The notes below the pieces were generated by a model. It did no database searches. It was not told the DNA's origin and saw only the letters and a list, made by a program, of their open reading frames with translations. The position numbers and the translations under genes were made by a program. This document shows positions 36,451-47,750 of a stretch of DNA of 64,000 bases, one piece after another. The stretch comes from Penicillus capitatus (lineage: Eukaryota > Plantae > Chlorophyta): positions 1,646,081-1,710,080 of the forward strand of contig OZ287696.1 in NCBI GenBank assembly GCA_965649825.1. Reading direction: 5' to 3'. The first letter of the stretch is position 1. Each line of letters starts with the position of its first letter.

Positions 36451-36729
36451 ATGGCAGAGAAGACGATTCGAACGCTCTATGTGACCTTGAAGCGCAGCTA
36501 TGCTGGGACACCCGATACAATGGTCCGTACACTGAAGGCGTTAGGACTGCGCCGCCTCCACCAGACCGTGCGCAAGTCGAACAATTCACGCGTTCGAGGG
36601 GCTCTCCTCAAAGTGCGCCATTTGGTGTTGATCGAGACGGATGAACTCTATGAGAAACGCCGCCAGGCAGAACGCGATGCCATGCGGCTGAGGGATCCCG
36701 TTTTCATCCAGCATGCCACTCTCAGATGA
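36451..36729 (+). CDS. Mitochondrial ribosomal protein uL30m
   Basis: LYVTLKRSYAGTP..RTLKALGLRRLHQTV..VRGALLKVRHLVLIET. Confidence 0.9.
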   Translation: MAEKTIRTLYVTLKRSYAGTPDTMVRTLKALGLRRLHQTVRKSNNSRVRGALLKVRHLVLIETDELYEKRRQAERDAMRLRDPVFIQHATLR

Positions 36730-36845
36730 CAGCGGCAGATGCACAATGACTTCAATAACAATCATTGTGCTGCGTTGCGAGTTTTTTTGAACCTGCTCCT
36801 TATTGCAGCGGTGCGTATATACATGTGCGTGTCTGTCGGTGTCTG

Positions 36846-37620
36846 ATGTCGCATTTGAGAGATGTAAGTCTGTATGTTCGTTCGTTCGCTCTCTCGTTCG
36901 AACGGTGCAATGACGGTATGCATACGTGTGGGCTTGTGCAGTGGTTCTCGGAAGTCGACTCGAATGGAGACGGCTTCATTGACGCAAAAGAACTCGAAAT
37001 CGTTCTGCGCAAAGCCACATTCAAGTTCGACAACAGCGGCATTGCGGCCCAAATGATTCGGTCAGATACACTGACTGTCTCGTCATGAGCAGCCCGTCCA
37101 TCATCAGCGACTGTTGCTCAGGCTGCACGACCAGGACAATTCGGGGACGATCGATTTTGGCGAGTTCGAAAAGTTGCATGGTTTTCTCGTCGATTTGCAA
37201 CACAAGTTCACCTGGTTCGATCGGGACAAGAATTCATGGCTCACTCCTGATGAAGCATTCGAGGCCATAACGCAATGGGGTACCCCTACCGAACCCGACC
37301 ATTCCTTCTTCTGTACGGGTTACGATGGCGTTAGGGTTCGAGTTGGATCAACCTGCGTTCATGCGGATGGTGAATGTCTTCGATCCTCAGCGGAAGGGAC
37401 AGCTGAAGCTCGGCGATTTTATCTCGATGATTCTCTTTCTCAAAAGCTGCAGGCAGATCTTTAAGGCGTTCGATCGAAACGACTGCGGGAGAATTAGGAT
37501 GAGCTACAATCAGTTTGTCTATGCCACGGGTAAGGCACGATATGGCTGTCAGCATACTTCGACCTCCTCGCCCAGTCCACTGGAGGACGTCCGACGGTAG
37601 ATATCATCATCTGCTTAAGT
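36846..37620 (+). CDS. Penta-EF-hand Ca2+-binding protein (ALG-2/peflin-like)
   Basis: WFSEVDSNGDGFIDAKEL, HDQDNSGTIDFGEF, FDRDKNSWLTPDE, FDPQRKGQLKLGDFI, FDRNDCGRIRMSYNQF. 3' end approximate. Confidence 0.88.
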
Positions 37621-37664
37621 ATTAGACAGTCACTCCTCACCGAACAAGGTCAAGTATGAACGTT

Positions 37665-38841
37665 CTAGAACAAGAAAGGAATCATCTTCCATCTCCTTGG
37701 ATACTTGGGGCGTCCGTCTCGGCCGTCAAACATCTACATGCACTTTGCGTTTTTATGATATGGAATATGGTGACGGTACCTGAACCAGACGCTTGTGTTT
37801 TCCGTTTGCCCATTGTGCCATTTGTACGGAACCGGCCAATGTGAAGAGCATACTTGTCAATGTCTGTGTTGCAATGGAGAATAAGACCCAAGCAGATATC
37901 TCCATGGTGTAATTGGCACATGTAATGTATTCGAATAGGAACCCACGAGGAATCTTGTAGCCTTTCTCGCCCGTCTTGCGCAGACGCTGCAGGATGATGT
38001 GACAGTAGAGATTCGAAAACTCGCAGATCACGGCAACGAAGAGTAGGATGTAAGCACGGAGGAGGGATGGAGGTCGGTAGAAAGGATGGTTGACGAAGTA
38101 GGAGATATAGGCAGCGAATCCCCAATAGTAGCTGCAGTTCTTGAACAGATTGCGAATGGGCATCGTCCCGTGACTGAATCTACACCACCGGCCAATGGCT
38201 CTGTCGACCTGTCACTTCATGCTAGAGCGAGTGACCTATGAACGAGGAATGTTTCCAGGAGTCTCTTAATGTAATGGAAGCTCCAGAAGCCCAGTGCCAG
38301 TCTCTGGACGGTGTGATGCAATATTGGTCCTCTACACGTCACATCACAACTAAAGAGCAAGCATGTGGTGGAAAGGACAGACGTGCTCCACCAGTAGATC
38401 CAGGGGAAGAAATAGAAGAGAGGATAGATCAGAAGCGGACCCAAATACTCCCAGAAAAACACGGTCGCGTAACCAACCTAACACGCCTCGGGCAAAAGTG
38501 TGAAAGAGTGAGGTGTGCGTACCTGTGGGCCTAGATCCCGAAAATGGATCACAGATCCTTCCTGGATGCCATAGGATGCCAACGTTCCATCGTCTTCGAG
38601 GACCGTCCCTCGAGTCTCTCCCTTTTTCAACGGCAACGTGAAGCGCTGCCTCGAAGGGTAATACGTAGGTTTTCGTCCATGGAATCGTTTCTTCAGTTCC
38701 CTGACCGTATCCTGAAGCAACACAGAACGCCATGTCTCCTATTGAGGTCCGTCCGTCACACATAGGTCACACATCGGGTTCAACAGTCAGGCCGTCTGGG
38801 ATGAGCGGCTTTCCTTGGCGAGTGCGCACGTCAATCTTCAT
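37665..38841 (-). CDS. TECR: Very-long-chain enoyl-CoA reductase (TECR/CER10)
   Basis: Ubiquitin-like N-terminus ending [64 protein letters not shown]. Confidence 0.95.
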
Positions 38842-39117
38842 CGATAGCGATCGGAAAGGAGAATGTGACGTTCGATGCATTTGATGTCAGGTGATGTTGG
38901 TTACACGTCGCCTGGTCTGGACGAGGCTGACAGCGTGCAGAGGCATCTTGCCGCTTGGTCGGATGCACAGGTCACTCACGACAACATCCACGACTGACCC
39001 ACCGTCAACGACGCCGCCATCTCACCCGGCTCCGTCGGTAACGTCGCGGAAACCACAGATCGATCGTTGACTCGATAACAGGATTCCAAGGATGCATCCT
39101 CGAAGAATGAGGCTAAG

Positions 39118-39909
39118 ATGGATAAAAAGAGTGAGACGACAGAAGAACAGCCAGCTACAGAGGCAAAGCTCATTGTTTTTGGTGGCAATGGATTTGTGGG
39201 AAGCCGCGTTTGCGAAGTGGCACATGGAATGGGTCTACACGTCGTCAGTGTAAACCGTTCAGGTCCGGCAACGCATTTCCTCGCTATACCAGTCGATCTC
39301 GCGCGTACAGGGCGTCCTTCTTGGCTGAAGAGCTCATGGGCTGACGATGTGGAATGGATCCACGGTGATGCGCTGCAACCGGCCTGTTACATCGATGTTC
39401 TTCGTGGTGCTCTGGGTGCCGTGAGCTGCGTCGGTGGATTCGGAAGCAACGCGGCGATGTACCGGATCTGTGGCGAAGCCAATATTCGTGCGATCGAGAC
39501 GGCCGCCTCTGTCAAAGTCCCACGCTTTGCCTTCGTCTCCGTCTATCATGAGACCTTGCCTGGGTTCGTCAAACAGATCGGGTACTTTCGTGGAAAGCTC
39601 GCAGCCGAGGAAGCCCTGCGACGACATTATGCATCGGGAGGCGTCTCGATTCAACCCTTCTTTATTCACGGGATGCGTCACATCACTGCAAGCCTCGGGA
39701 TTCCGCTACAGGCCGTCGGGATTCCGTTGGAGAAAGCGATCGGCCTCTTACCGAACGCCAAACAACTGGCGGCGTCTATTCCGCTCCTCGGCACGGGACT
39801 CATACCGCCAGTGCGCGTAGAATCCGTTGCCAAAGCGGCTGTGCATGCCGCAACCGATCCAGCTGTCACATCATCCGTCATCGACGTTTGGGAAATTGCG
39901 AAATTTTAA
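39118..39909 (+). CDS. NAD(P)-binding Rossmann epimerase/dehydratase-like protein (At1g32220-like)
   Basis: LIVFGGNGFVGSRVC, VSCVGGFGS, YFRGKLAAEEAL, PPVRVESVAKAAV; start may lie upstream. Confidence 0.88.
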   Translation: MDKKSETTEEQPATEAKLIVFGGNGFVGSRVCEVAHGMGLHVVSVNRSGPATHFLAIPVDLARTGRPSWLKSSWADDVEWIHGDALQPACYIDVLRGALGAVSCVGGFGSNAAMYRICGEANIRAIETAASVKVPRFAFVSVYHETLPGFVKQIGYFRGKLAAEEALRRHYASGGVSIQPFFIHGMRHITASLGIPLQAVGIPLEKAIGLLPNAKQLAASIPLLGTGLIPPVRVESVAKAAVHAATDPAVTSSVIDVWEIAKF

Positions 39910-39942
39910 TCAACCTCTCTCCGCCTTTCTTTCTTTTGCGTC

Positions 39943-40859
39943 ATGGAGACGAAGGCGTTCGACAAGTGGATCGTCTCGACGATCGAAGACAATGTACTGA
40001 CGATCGTCGTCGCTTTCGTCGTTGTGACGCTCGCTCAGCTGCTCTGGTGGTCGAAGCGAACGCCCAAGGCACTGTTGACGGAAAGCGGCTTCCATCAACT
40101 GAAACTTGTCATGCGGAAGGATGTCAGCCACAATTCGCGTTTCTTCCGATTTGCGCTCAAAAGCAAACGCCAACAACTGGGACTCCCTGTGGGCCAGCAC
40201 CTCGTTTTCCGCATGCCATCCCAAAATGGAGTGGAGCCGGTTTCGCGTCCCTATACACCGGTGTCTGATGGGATGGCGCGGGGATATGTGGATTTCGTTA
40301 TCAAAGTCTATCCAGAAGGCATTATGACACAGTACCTTGAACAACTCAAGGTCGGGCAAACTATGTCCATGAAAGGACCCAAAGGCAAATTCACTTATGT
40401 ACGCAACATGAAGAAATCGCTCGGTCAGTATCATCGCTTTTGGATGGGACAGTTGTCATGGAGTGCGTGATGTGACTAGGGATGTTGGCTGGAGGAACAG
40501 GCATCACGCCAATGTACCAAGTGCTTGATCACATTCTGCAGGATCCAGAAGATACAACAGAGATCCATCTGATCTATGCCAACATCACACCGGCAGATAT
40601 TCTGCTGAGGCAGAATTTGGATGGACTGGCAGCGAAGCATCCACGGCGTCTGAAGATCTACTACGTCATAGAGAAGAATATCCCTGTCGGATGGAAGTAT
40701 GGAGTGGGTTACATCACGCGTGACATGATCTGTGAGCACTGTCCTGCACCTGGATCCGATGTGCTCATTCTTTACTGTGGACCGCGACCAATGGTGGAAG
40801 CCATGAAGCAGTTGACGGCCGAAATTGGGTACGATGCAGAATCGACGTTTAAATTCTAA
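39943..40859 (+). CDS. NADH-cytochrome b5 reductase
   Basis: N-terminal TM, LGLPVGQH, SRPYTP, GPKG, GMLAGGTGITPMYQV, CGPRPM. Confidence 0.96.
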
Positions 40860-40921
40860 GAGAGAGGCAGCATTTACGCAAAGTGCTCGTCAAAACGTGT
40901 CAAAATCTCAATGAGACGTTT

Positions 40922-42161
40922 TCAAGACATGGAGATGCCTTTGAACATTCGCACATCGCCACTTCCTTTCCTCAGAACGACAGGCTCGCGATGCGTCATG
41001 TCAATCACTGTCGACTCATGGACTGTCCTGGAGCCCACACTCAACACGAAATCGATGCCGGATGCGTTATAGGTATCCATCAGTGTGACACCGTTGGGCA
41101 TCTCAAAGTCCTCATCTTCACCGTGATCGACATGCATACTCGAGGCAATCAATGGCCCGCCCATTCTCTCCAACACTGCCTATGTGGACACTGACGGACG
41201 TCGCTATCAGCGGCGATGTGAATGACAGGCACCTGACAGACGATGTCGTTTGGCCATCGGATACCGACAGACCGTCTCTGTTTGACTTTGTTTGACTCAT
41301 AATCGACTAACTGCTTCGGCAGATTCTTGCTGGCATGCAGAATCAGCGTGTACTACAGAGGCATTGGCGGTGATCGTCGATCTCTTCAAAAGCAAAGACT
41401 CACAGGTCCAGGCAGGATCTGCTTGACGACGTTAAAGGTATCGGGAATACCCGGTTCGTTGCTCACCGGAAATCCCGTCGTATATTTGCCGATATCAGCA
41501 AACCCACGACACAAGAGACTCAACGGTTTCTTCAGGCTCATGTTCTTCACGAGGTAGAGACGCCGAATCGCATCTCTATTCTCCAAGTCACACACCACCG
41601 CAGGCAATGTGTCTGTTGGGATGATTCCCACCTGTGCCACAACGGAAATGGCATGCCTCATGATAGAGAAGCAAGATGGCATACGCCTCCACGCTTGAGC
41701 AGATCCATGATTGGTTCCAATCTCCACAGATCGGACCCATCTGGATGAACGGCGACGAAGATTGGCTGTTTGGTGAGGGTGGCGATCACAGGGCGACGGT
41801 AATTCGATCGTTTGGTTGCATTTCGAGCAGAGCACACGCCAAGGGAGAGCTGTTCTCTGAGACCCTTCTTTGGCAGGACCACCTGACAGCATTTCGCAAG
41901 AGAGAAGGCCGAAGGGCGAAGTACCTGAGAAGTCCCAGTGAGGAATGTCGGCGATGTGTTGATGACCGTTTCGGAAATCGACTTCGGCCGAGCGCTGCAC
42001 AGATTCGTGGTCCGATGAACAGTGAACATCTTTTCGTTCAGAATTGGATAATGGACGGGACGTGCGTCTTCGTACATCGACGCTTCCCGTGGACGAATTG
42101 GGAGGAATGGAGACGATTGAGAGACGATCTCTGGTCTGGCCAAAGCGATCGCCGAGAACAT
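40922..42161 (-). CDS. Plastid YrdC/Sua5 (YciO-like) domain protein (At3g01920-like)
   Basis: LWRLEPIMDLLKRGGVGIIPTDT, KPLSLLCR, LPGPYTLIL, VGIRWP, STVIDMT. Confidence 0.9.
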
Positions 42162-42280
42162 GGACTTGCCACAGTCGAGACCTCCCTCCTCTAGACAACA
42201 ACGCTGCGCGATGGATGTAGATTCGCGATTGGGCCCTGGTGGATAATGTGCCGATCGAAGTGGAAGTCACGGCTGAGCTT

Positions 42281-43508
42281 ATGAAAGCAAAGACAGTCGC
42301 CGAGGGGTCGGACGTGGATCCCGATGTCCTGGAAGCACTTTTGGCCGTTCCCATCATCAGGTGTGCATCGCATGAGTGAGAGCATGATGTCTTGAGTGTG
42401 AGGAATAGACTGACTGCGGCGTTGCGCGATCACGATAAGGATCTGATGCTCCGACCTGGTTCAGAACTGCCGCTGGCCGTTGGGTTGGCCCGCAATGCAT
42501 TTGTACATGGGAGAAAACCGTCCTTGGCGCATCTGCAATGCGTGGGTGAGGTGGCACTCCCTTTTATCAAGACAGCCTATTGGCAGGACATTCCCTTCCC
42601 CACAGAGGCTTCAAGTTTTACTTATAGGGACTTTATCGAAGAATCGATCCCAACAAAGAACTCGTTGACCCAGGTAGCTCACCGCCTTTATGGATCATAC
42701 CACGATGGGATGGCCTCAGGCCATAGAGTCCTATATGAACTGCCATGCGAGAATCATCCATGACAGTGATGCTGCACGAAGAGGTGTGCATTTGAGACAT
42801 GGAATGACCATCGTTCTTGACTGGATGTCTTGCGCAGAGGACTTGGAGAAGATGGACGAGGAGATCCTCTACATTCAGCGAGCATGCGATGGCGATCAGC
42901 TGCGTTCTTTTCTTCTAGATCATGTGCCCCCTCCTTCTGTCAATACATCAGCAGGTCGTGGATTGCAGAACAGTCTGCTTGGGTTCTGTGACAGCTATGG
43001 ATCGTCCTGGTTGCTCTATTTGGCAGAATCGTGGCTGGAGAGGGAACTTGTATGCATTAAATGGCAGACGGAGGACGCTTCGCTGCATCGATCATCGATT
43101 CTGGCTTCTTGGGGAGCCGCCATTCGCGCTGTATTGCCGATGCAGTCGACAGTCATCCACTCCATCGAGCAAGAACGCATCCTGCACAAAGTCGTAGAAC
43201 TGGTTGAAGGTTTAGCCGCCCAGTGTGTGGAATTAGAGGACGCGATGATTTCAATCTTGGAGACAGCCGAAGCCATCTTCACATCGGTTCTGAAACACAT
43301 GCAGCGCCGAGAGACGTCGGAAAAACTGTCGGCAATCTTCAATTCCTTAAAGCGGCAATGCTTTCAGCCACAAAACCCTTCACATGCAAAACCAGAGACA
43401 TCCATCGAGCCCAAGAACGCAGAAGAAGCGACATTCGGTTTGTTTACAAAGGTCCCCGAGTGGGAATCCTGCATCATTGGATGCTTACCGTATAACATGA
43501 AGACCTGA
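42281..43508 (+). CDS. Hypothetical protein
   Basis: Spliced MKAKTVAEGSDVDPDVLEALL..RLTAALRDHD.. joined to the 272-aa ORF 42690-43508; no domain recognised. Confidence 0.5.
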
Positions 43509-43516
43509 GATGCGTT

Positions 43517-46500
43517 TTAATGACAGAGCTCTCCAGCACAGAATATACAAAATGATGGTGCACTAGTAGATGAGATGAGCTGTTGAGGAGAGATATGATA
43601 GCAACGATCGCAGATGATGCATCGCCAGATGGAAGGATGCAGTTCTGTTATGTCACAAAGTGTCACGGGGCAGCGCTTGAAACGCGCCAAAACACTGTCC
43701 ATCTCCACACAGCAATGCGTCATCGCATCAACGGGATCATCCGACTGCTCCACAGCCAACATCGTGGACACGTGCGTGGCGTCTCGCTGGTGTTCTTTGG
43801 CCAGTTGGACAACGGCTGGGTGTATACCCCTTTTGGCAAAATGCAACGTCCAGTGTGCCATTCGTGCTTGGATATCTGCCAAACGGTGCTGTCCAGTTAG
43901 TGAATGTTTGTGTGTTGCTCTATCCAGGGAAAGGACAGAATGAACATGTCTCTGGGCAAGATTCCATTCTGCTTGTGTGGACGACGTCTGTAGGAAGTCG
44001 AAGAGGGGAATGCCTTTCAGTGTGTACACAAAGGCATTCAGCGCTCTCCATCTCTGCTCCTCCTTGTATGACATCCCTGGTCGCCAGTTTTCGTATACAC
44101 CTCCCAATTGCTCGACAATGAACTACAATGCATGATACATACACTGCCGGAGCAAAGATTTTTTCCACGGCGGGGAACCTGTGCGAAATTGCTTGCATGC
44201 AACTGCCTTTTCGTCCACGAACGCCTGTTCGATCTCTCTGCGATGGTGCCATCGTCTCCCGAAGAATCTGAAACCGCTTCATTCGGATCGTAGCCATACG
44301 CTGCATCTCTGTTTGTATCGTTGCAGATCGTGTTCTCTGTGGTCATCATTCTTAACCAGTATCCCAGATCGACGGTTAACGCAGTGTCCATACCATGATG
44401 TAACCTTCTTGAGATTTCGTCCTTTACAGCAGTCCACGCATCGTCCTGATCGCCATCCACGAGACTGCAGAGTAAAAATGAAGATACAATAAGAAAAGAG
44501 GAATCGTACCTTCTAATTTCGATGGATCCGTGAGCGACACGTTTCCAAACCATGCGTTGCAACTGGGCGTCTCTGTACTTCTCTCCCAAATCACGGATTG
44601 TCGCGATCATCAGTCCTGAAGGACTGGCAGCCACACCGTAGCAGGGTTGATAATCCGATATGTCGCCGAAGGGCTGCAGATAGTGCGAAGTGCAAGGTGC
44701 CAAGATCTCCTGTTCAGTTTTCCAAATGCAGAGTTGAGAATCCAGACCAATAGTCACAATGCAGTCCAAGAACACGTCAGAGGCAATACCAGTGATCGCC
44801 TTATGTGAATGTAGCCCCTCTAAGGTAAGCGTCTTGCCTTGTTCCATCCACCGAGAGAACGATGTCGAGCACGTATCCACAGAAGAATATCGATTCTCCC
44901 AGACCGTCAGCACACCTCCATATTTCCCAATGCAGATTCTCAGTCGATGGAGGCCACTGTCTGACACAATGGTTTTGACATTCAAACTGGAGACAGGGCG
45001 CGAATCTGCGGCACAGATTAGATGTCTTTCTTGCAGAACGGCATGATGTGGACAGTCCTGTTCGGATGAAAAGATTTGTGGATCAAGCGTCCACACACGC
45101 ACCTCTCCTGTGACATCTGCTGTCACCAGGAGAAGCTGATTCGATAACAGTTCTCGATGCATTTCTGGAAGCAACGCCCATTCCAGAGCAGAAATCTCGG
45201 CACATGAGGCCATCGTCGCCCCAAGAACGTCAAAGTGTTCAGATGCATCCGCTTTCTGCACGGCGCTGCTAAGGGTGCTCACTTTCCAGAGCAACACATG
45301 TCCTGAACGCATTCCCGCTGCCAGGAACGAACTCCCAAGCAGCAATGGCGACCAGGAAAGGCAAACAGCCGAGAGCAAGGCGCGTCGTCGTTCGTAAGCT
45401 TCATTTGGTATGGCATGAGGGAAATGCGAAACAAGGCATGGTTTGCTTTGCCCCATCCTCTTTCTCTTTCTCCCTGACTGTGGCTTCACTTGACGCACTG
45501 TCTGGATCGTGGCCCCGACACAGAGTGCCGATGCTTCTGTGATGACGATCTGCGTGCTCTGGAATGTCAATGGCGTCATGTCCTGATCATTAAAGGCCTG
45601 TTCCCTCCCTTCTTGCCCGATAAGGGATAGCACAGATTCCGGTGCATGGAAACGCCGTCCTCTCCACACTGGATCGAACGAAACGATGGCCTTCTTGCGA
45701 ATTAGTGCCCTGGATCGCGTTTCCAAGTACTTCTGTGTGATCCCGTGCTCACGCATAGACGATCCGTACATGTCCAACTGAAGACAGACGTGGTGAAGTC
45801 ATTCGTTCTGGAAGTGGATGCATGATACCATGTGTTGCATCACTCTGAGGAAGATGTGGTGATCTGCTCCATTCAGGTATTCGCCTTTTTTGTAGGTCGG
45901 GAGTTCCTCTTCTGGAATGCGGCTTCTGAGTTCCATCCATAATGAGAGGGACACTTTTGGTAGATCCAGTCGGAACTGGTTTCCATCTCCTGCTTCTAAA
46001 CTCGACGCTAAAGACGCCTCCATCTCCGATGAAAACTGGATACGGTATTCAGTGGTGATAAAGGCATTTGGAAAGCAAGAACAGACCTGAAAGTTATCTA
46101 TCATCTGGCGAGAGGCTTCAGTTGGCTCTGTCATGGGGAACTTGCGCATCGTACGTCCTCTGCCTCTGCCCCTGCCGCGACCTCTGCCGCTTCTAGGTCC
46201 TCGACCGCCTCCTCTTAAACGCAGCACCAGATCAGGGCGTTTGGAATCGTTCGATGTCTCTTCCTACAAACATTATAATCCGCTGTGCGTGTGTGCACTT
46301 CCCTACACAGGTTTCTTATCTGACCTTCCATTCGGCACACTGTTCAAAGTACTGGGCAATACTAAGAGTCAAATCTACTATACATATCAACCGATCATCT
46401 GTTTTATTTCCGGAAGGACGATACACTCGAACCTTGAAGAAGAGAACAGCATGATAACGCGTCGATCTACGATCACTGAAGGATCTTGTACTTTGCGATC

Positions 46501-46854
46501 GGATTGGACAAGTGCCAGGAGGCTTTGATTCATGCTTGGCCAGGCTCCTCTTGGAGAACATGTCACTTGACGTACTGCTGCCTTCCACGCAGCATCATGC
46601 ATCGCGAATTCCGTCAACGTCTCCAAGGCGAAGCCTATCGAATGTTGGACGTCCTTCGGCGAGGCGTTCGTTCTCGATACGGACGTAGCGTCGAAGCCAC
46701 AGGTCTCGACGAAGTGCAAAGAGGTTTCCAGACGATAAGGATCGACGACGAGAGCGACCGTTCCCGCCGCCGCTGCCAAACGACCATCCTCTGACCATCG
46801 GAGCGCATCCGGGTAGAGTGGTGCCGTATAGAGCCACCGCCGAGTCGACAGCAT
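43517..46854 (-). CDS. TFIIIC 90-kDa subunit-like (GTF3C4) WD40 protein with C-terminal Zn finger
   Basis: N-terminal PLYPDALRWSEDGRLA (TFIIIC delta N-term pattern), WD-like AVCLSWS..GMRSGHVLLW and TADVTGEVRVW, C-terminal FKRCPVTL..CIICDRCY..CIFCAG. Start may be up to 47004. Confidence 0.75.
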
Positions 46855-47034
46855 AGATGCAATGATGGCGACATCTTGGGAATCGTTTACGTGACGCGGA
46901 GTGGCAGCCACTGTCGCGTCCCAATGTTTGTGCTGAGTGGCCGTCTGCGTGGAACTCTTGTCCCTGTGCGCCACGGATGTCGTCCGGGACGTCATATGCT
47001 GCATGGAAGCACTGTTGGTGCAGTCATCTATGCG

Positions 47035-47439
47035 ATGGCGTCGTCAGATGCGACATGGGTCTCCTGCGAGACGGAAGCGCACAGTGCACGTATCAAAGCC
47101 TTGGCCGCCTCGCCTCCCAAACTTCCAGGAGTTGCGACTCGGACAGCGATTCCTGAGTTCTGCCTGTCAGTGCCCAAAACGCATCGCCGTCGAAGACGTC
47201 GAAGAGGAGAGGGAGACGGAGGAGGATCAGGAGGTGGTGGAGATGGCGGCGGTTATGGAGGATGGGATGATGCAGAATGGCATGATGGAGATAACGAAAA
47301 CGGCCGATTGTGGATGTGGATGGTGCTCCTGGCCTACAGTGTGCTTCAAGGACTCCTCTTGCTCACTACACAGAGAGAACGCAAGACACCCACCTCCTTC
47401 TTGGCCGCCATCACAGTATCTGTTCTCTCTTCAAAGTGA
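47035..47439 (+). CDS. Small Gly-rich membrane protein, probably plastid-targeted
   Basis: Ser/Ala-rich start, RRRRRRRGEGDGGGSGGGGDGGGYGGWDD, then hydrophobic LWMWMVLLAYSVLQGLLLL. Confidence 0.45.
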   Translation: MASSDATWVSCETEAHSARIKALAASPPKLPGVATRTAIPEFCLSVPKTHRRRRRRRGEGDGGGSGGGGDGGGYGGWDDAEWHDGDNENGRLWMWMVLLAYSVLQGLLLLTTQRERKTPTSFLAAITVSVLSSK

Positions 47440-47750
47440 TTTCTTGTCTCCAAAGTCTTACCCCTGTGTACGAGTCATGAAGATGTAGAGGTGTAGAAAA
47501 ACGACAAGCGTCGGGAACGAAAGGAAGATCTGTTGTATCAGTACTGGCACCTGTACATTAGAGAAGGGTGAGGTACAATTGGGACAGGAACATTGTGTGA
47601 AGGCATTGATCGTGTACGATGCGTTCAAGATGCATCAAGAACAAAGACGATCTGAATTATTATGCTGGCTGGGTACAGCCTCTTTCGCTAACTTGATTCC
47701 CAAAGGAACAGGAAACATGTATTATTTTCGAGAGAGAGAGGAGATGGGTT

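Noticed and set aside
46876-47004. Abutting head-to-head ATGs at 46995/46996
   Set aside because: Downstream ATGs (46854 minus, 47035 plus) give more plausible starts, so the apparent overlap is probably an ORF-calling artefact.
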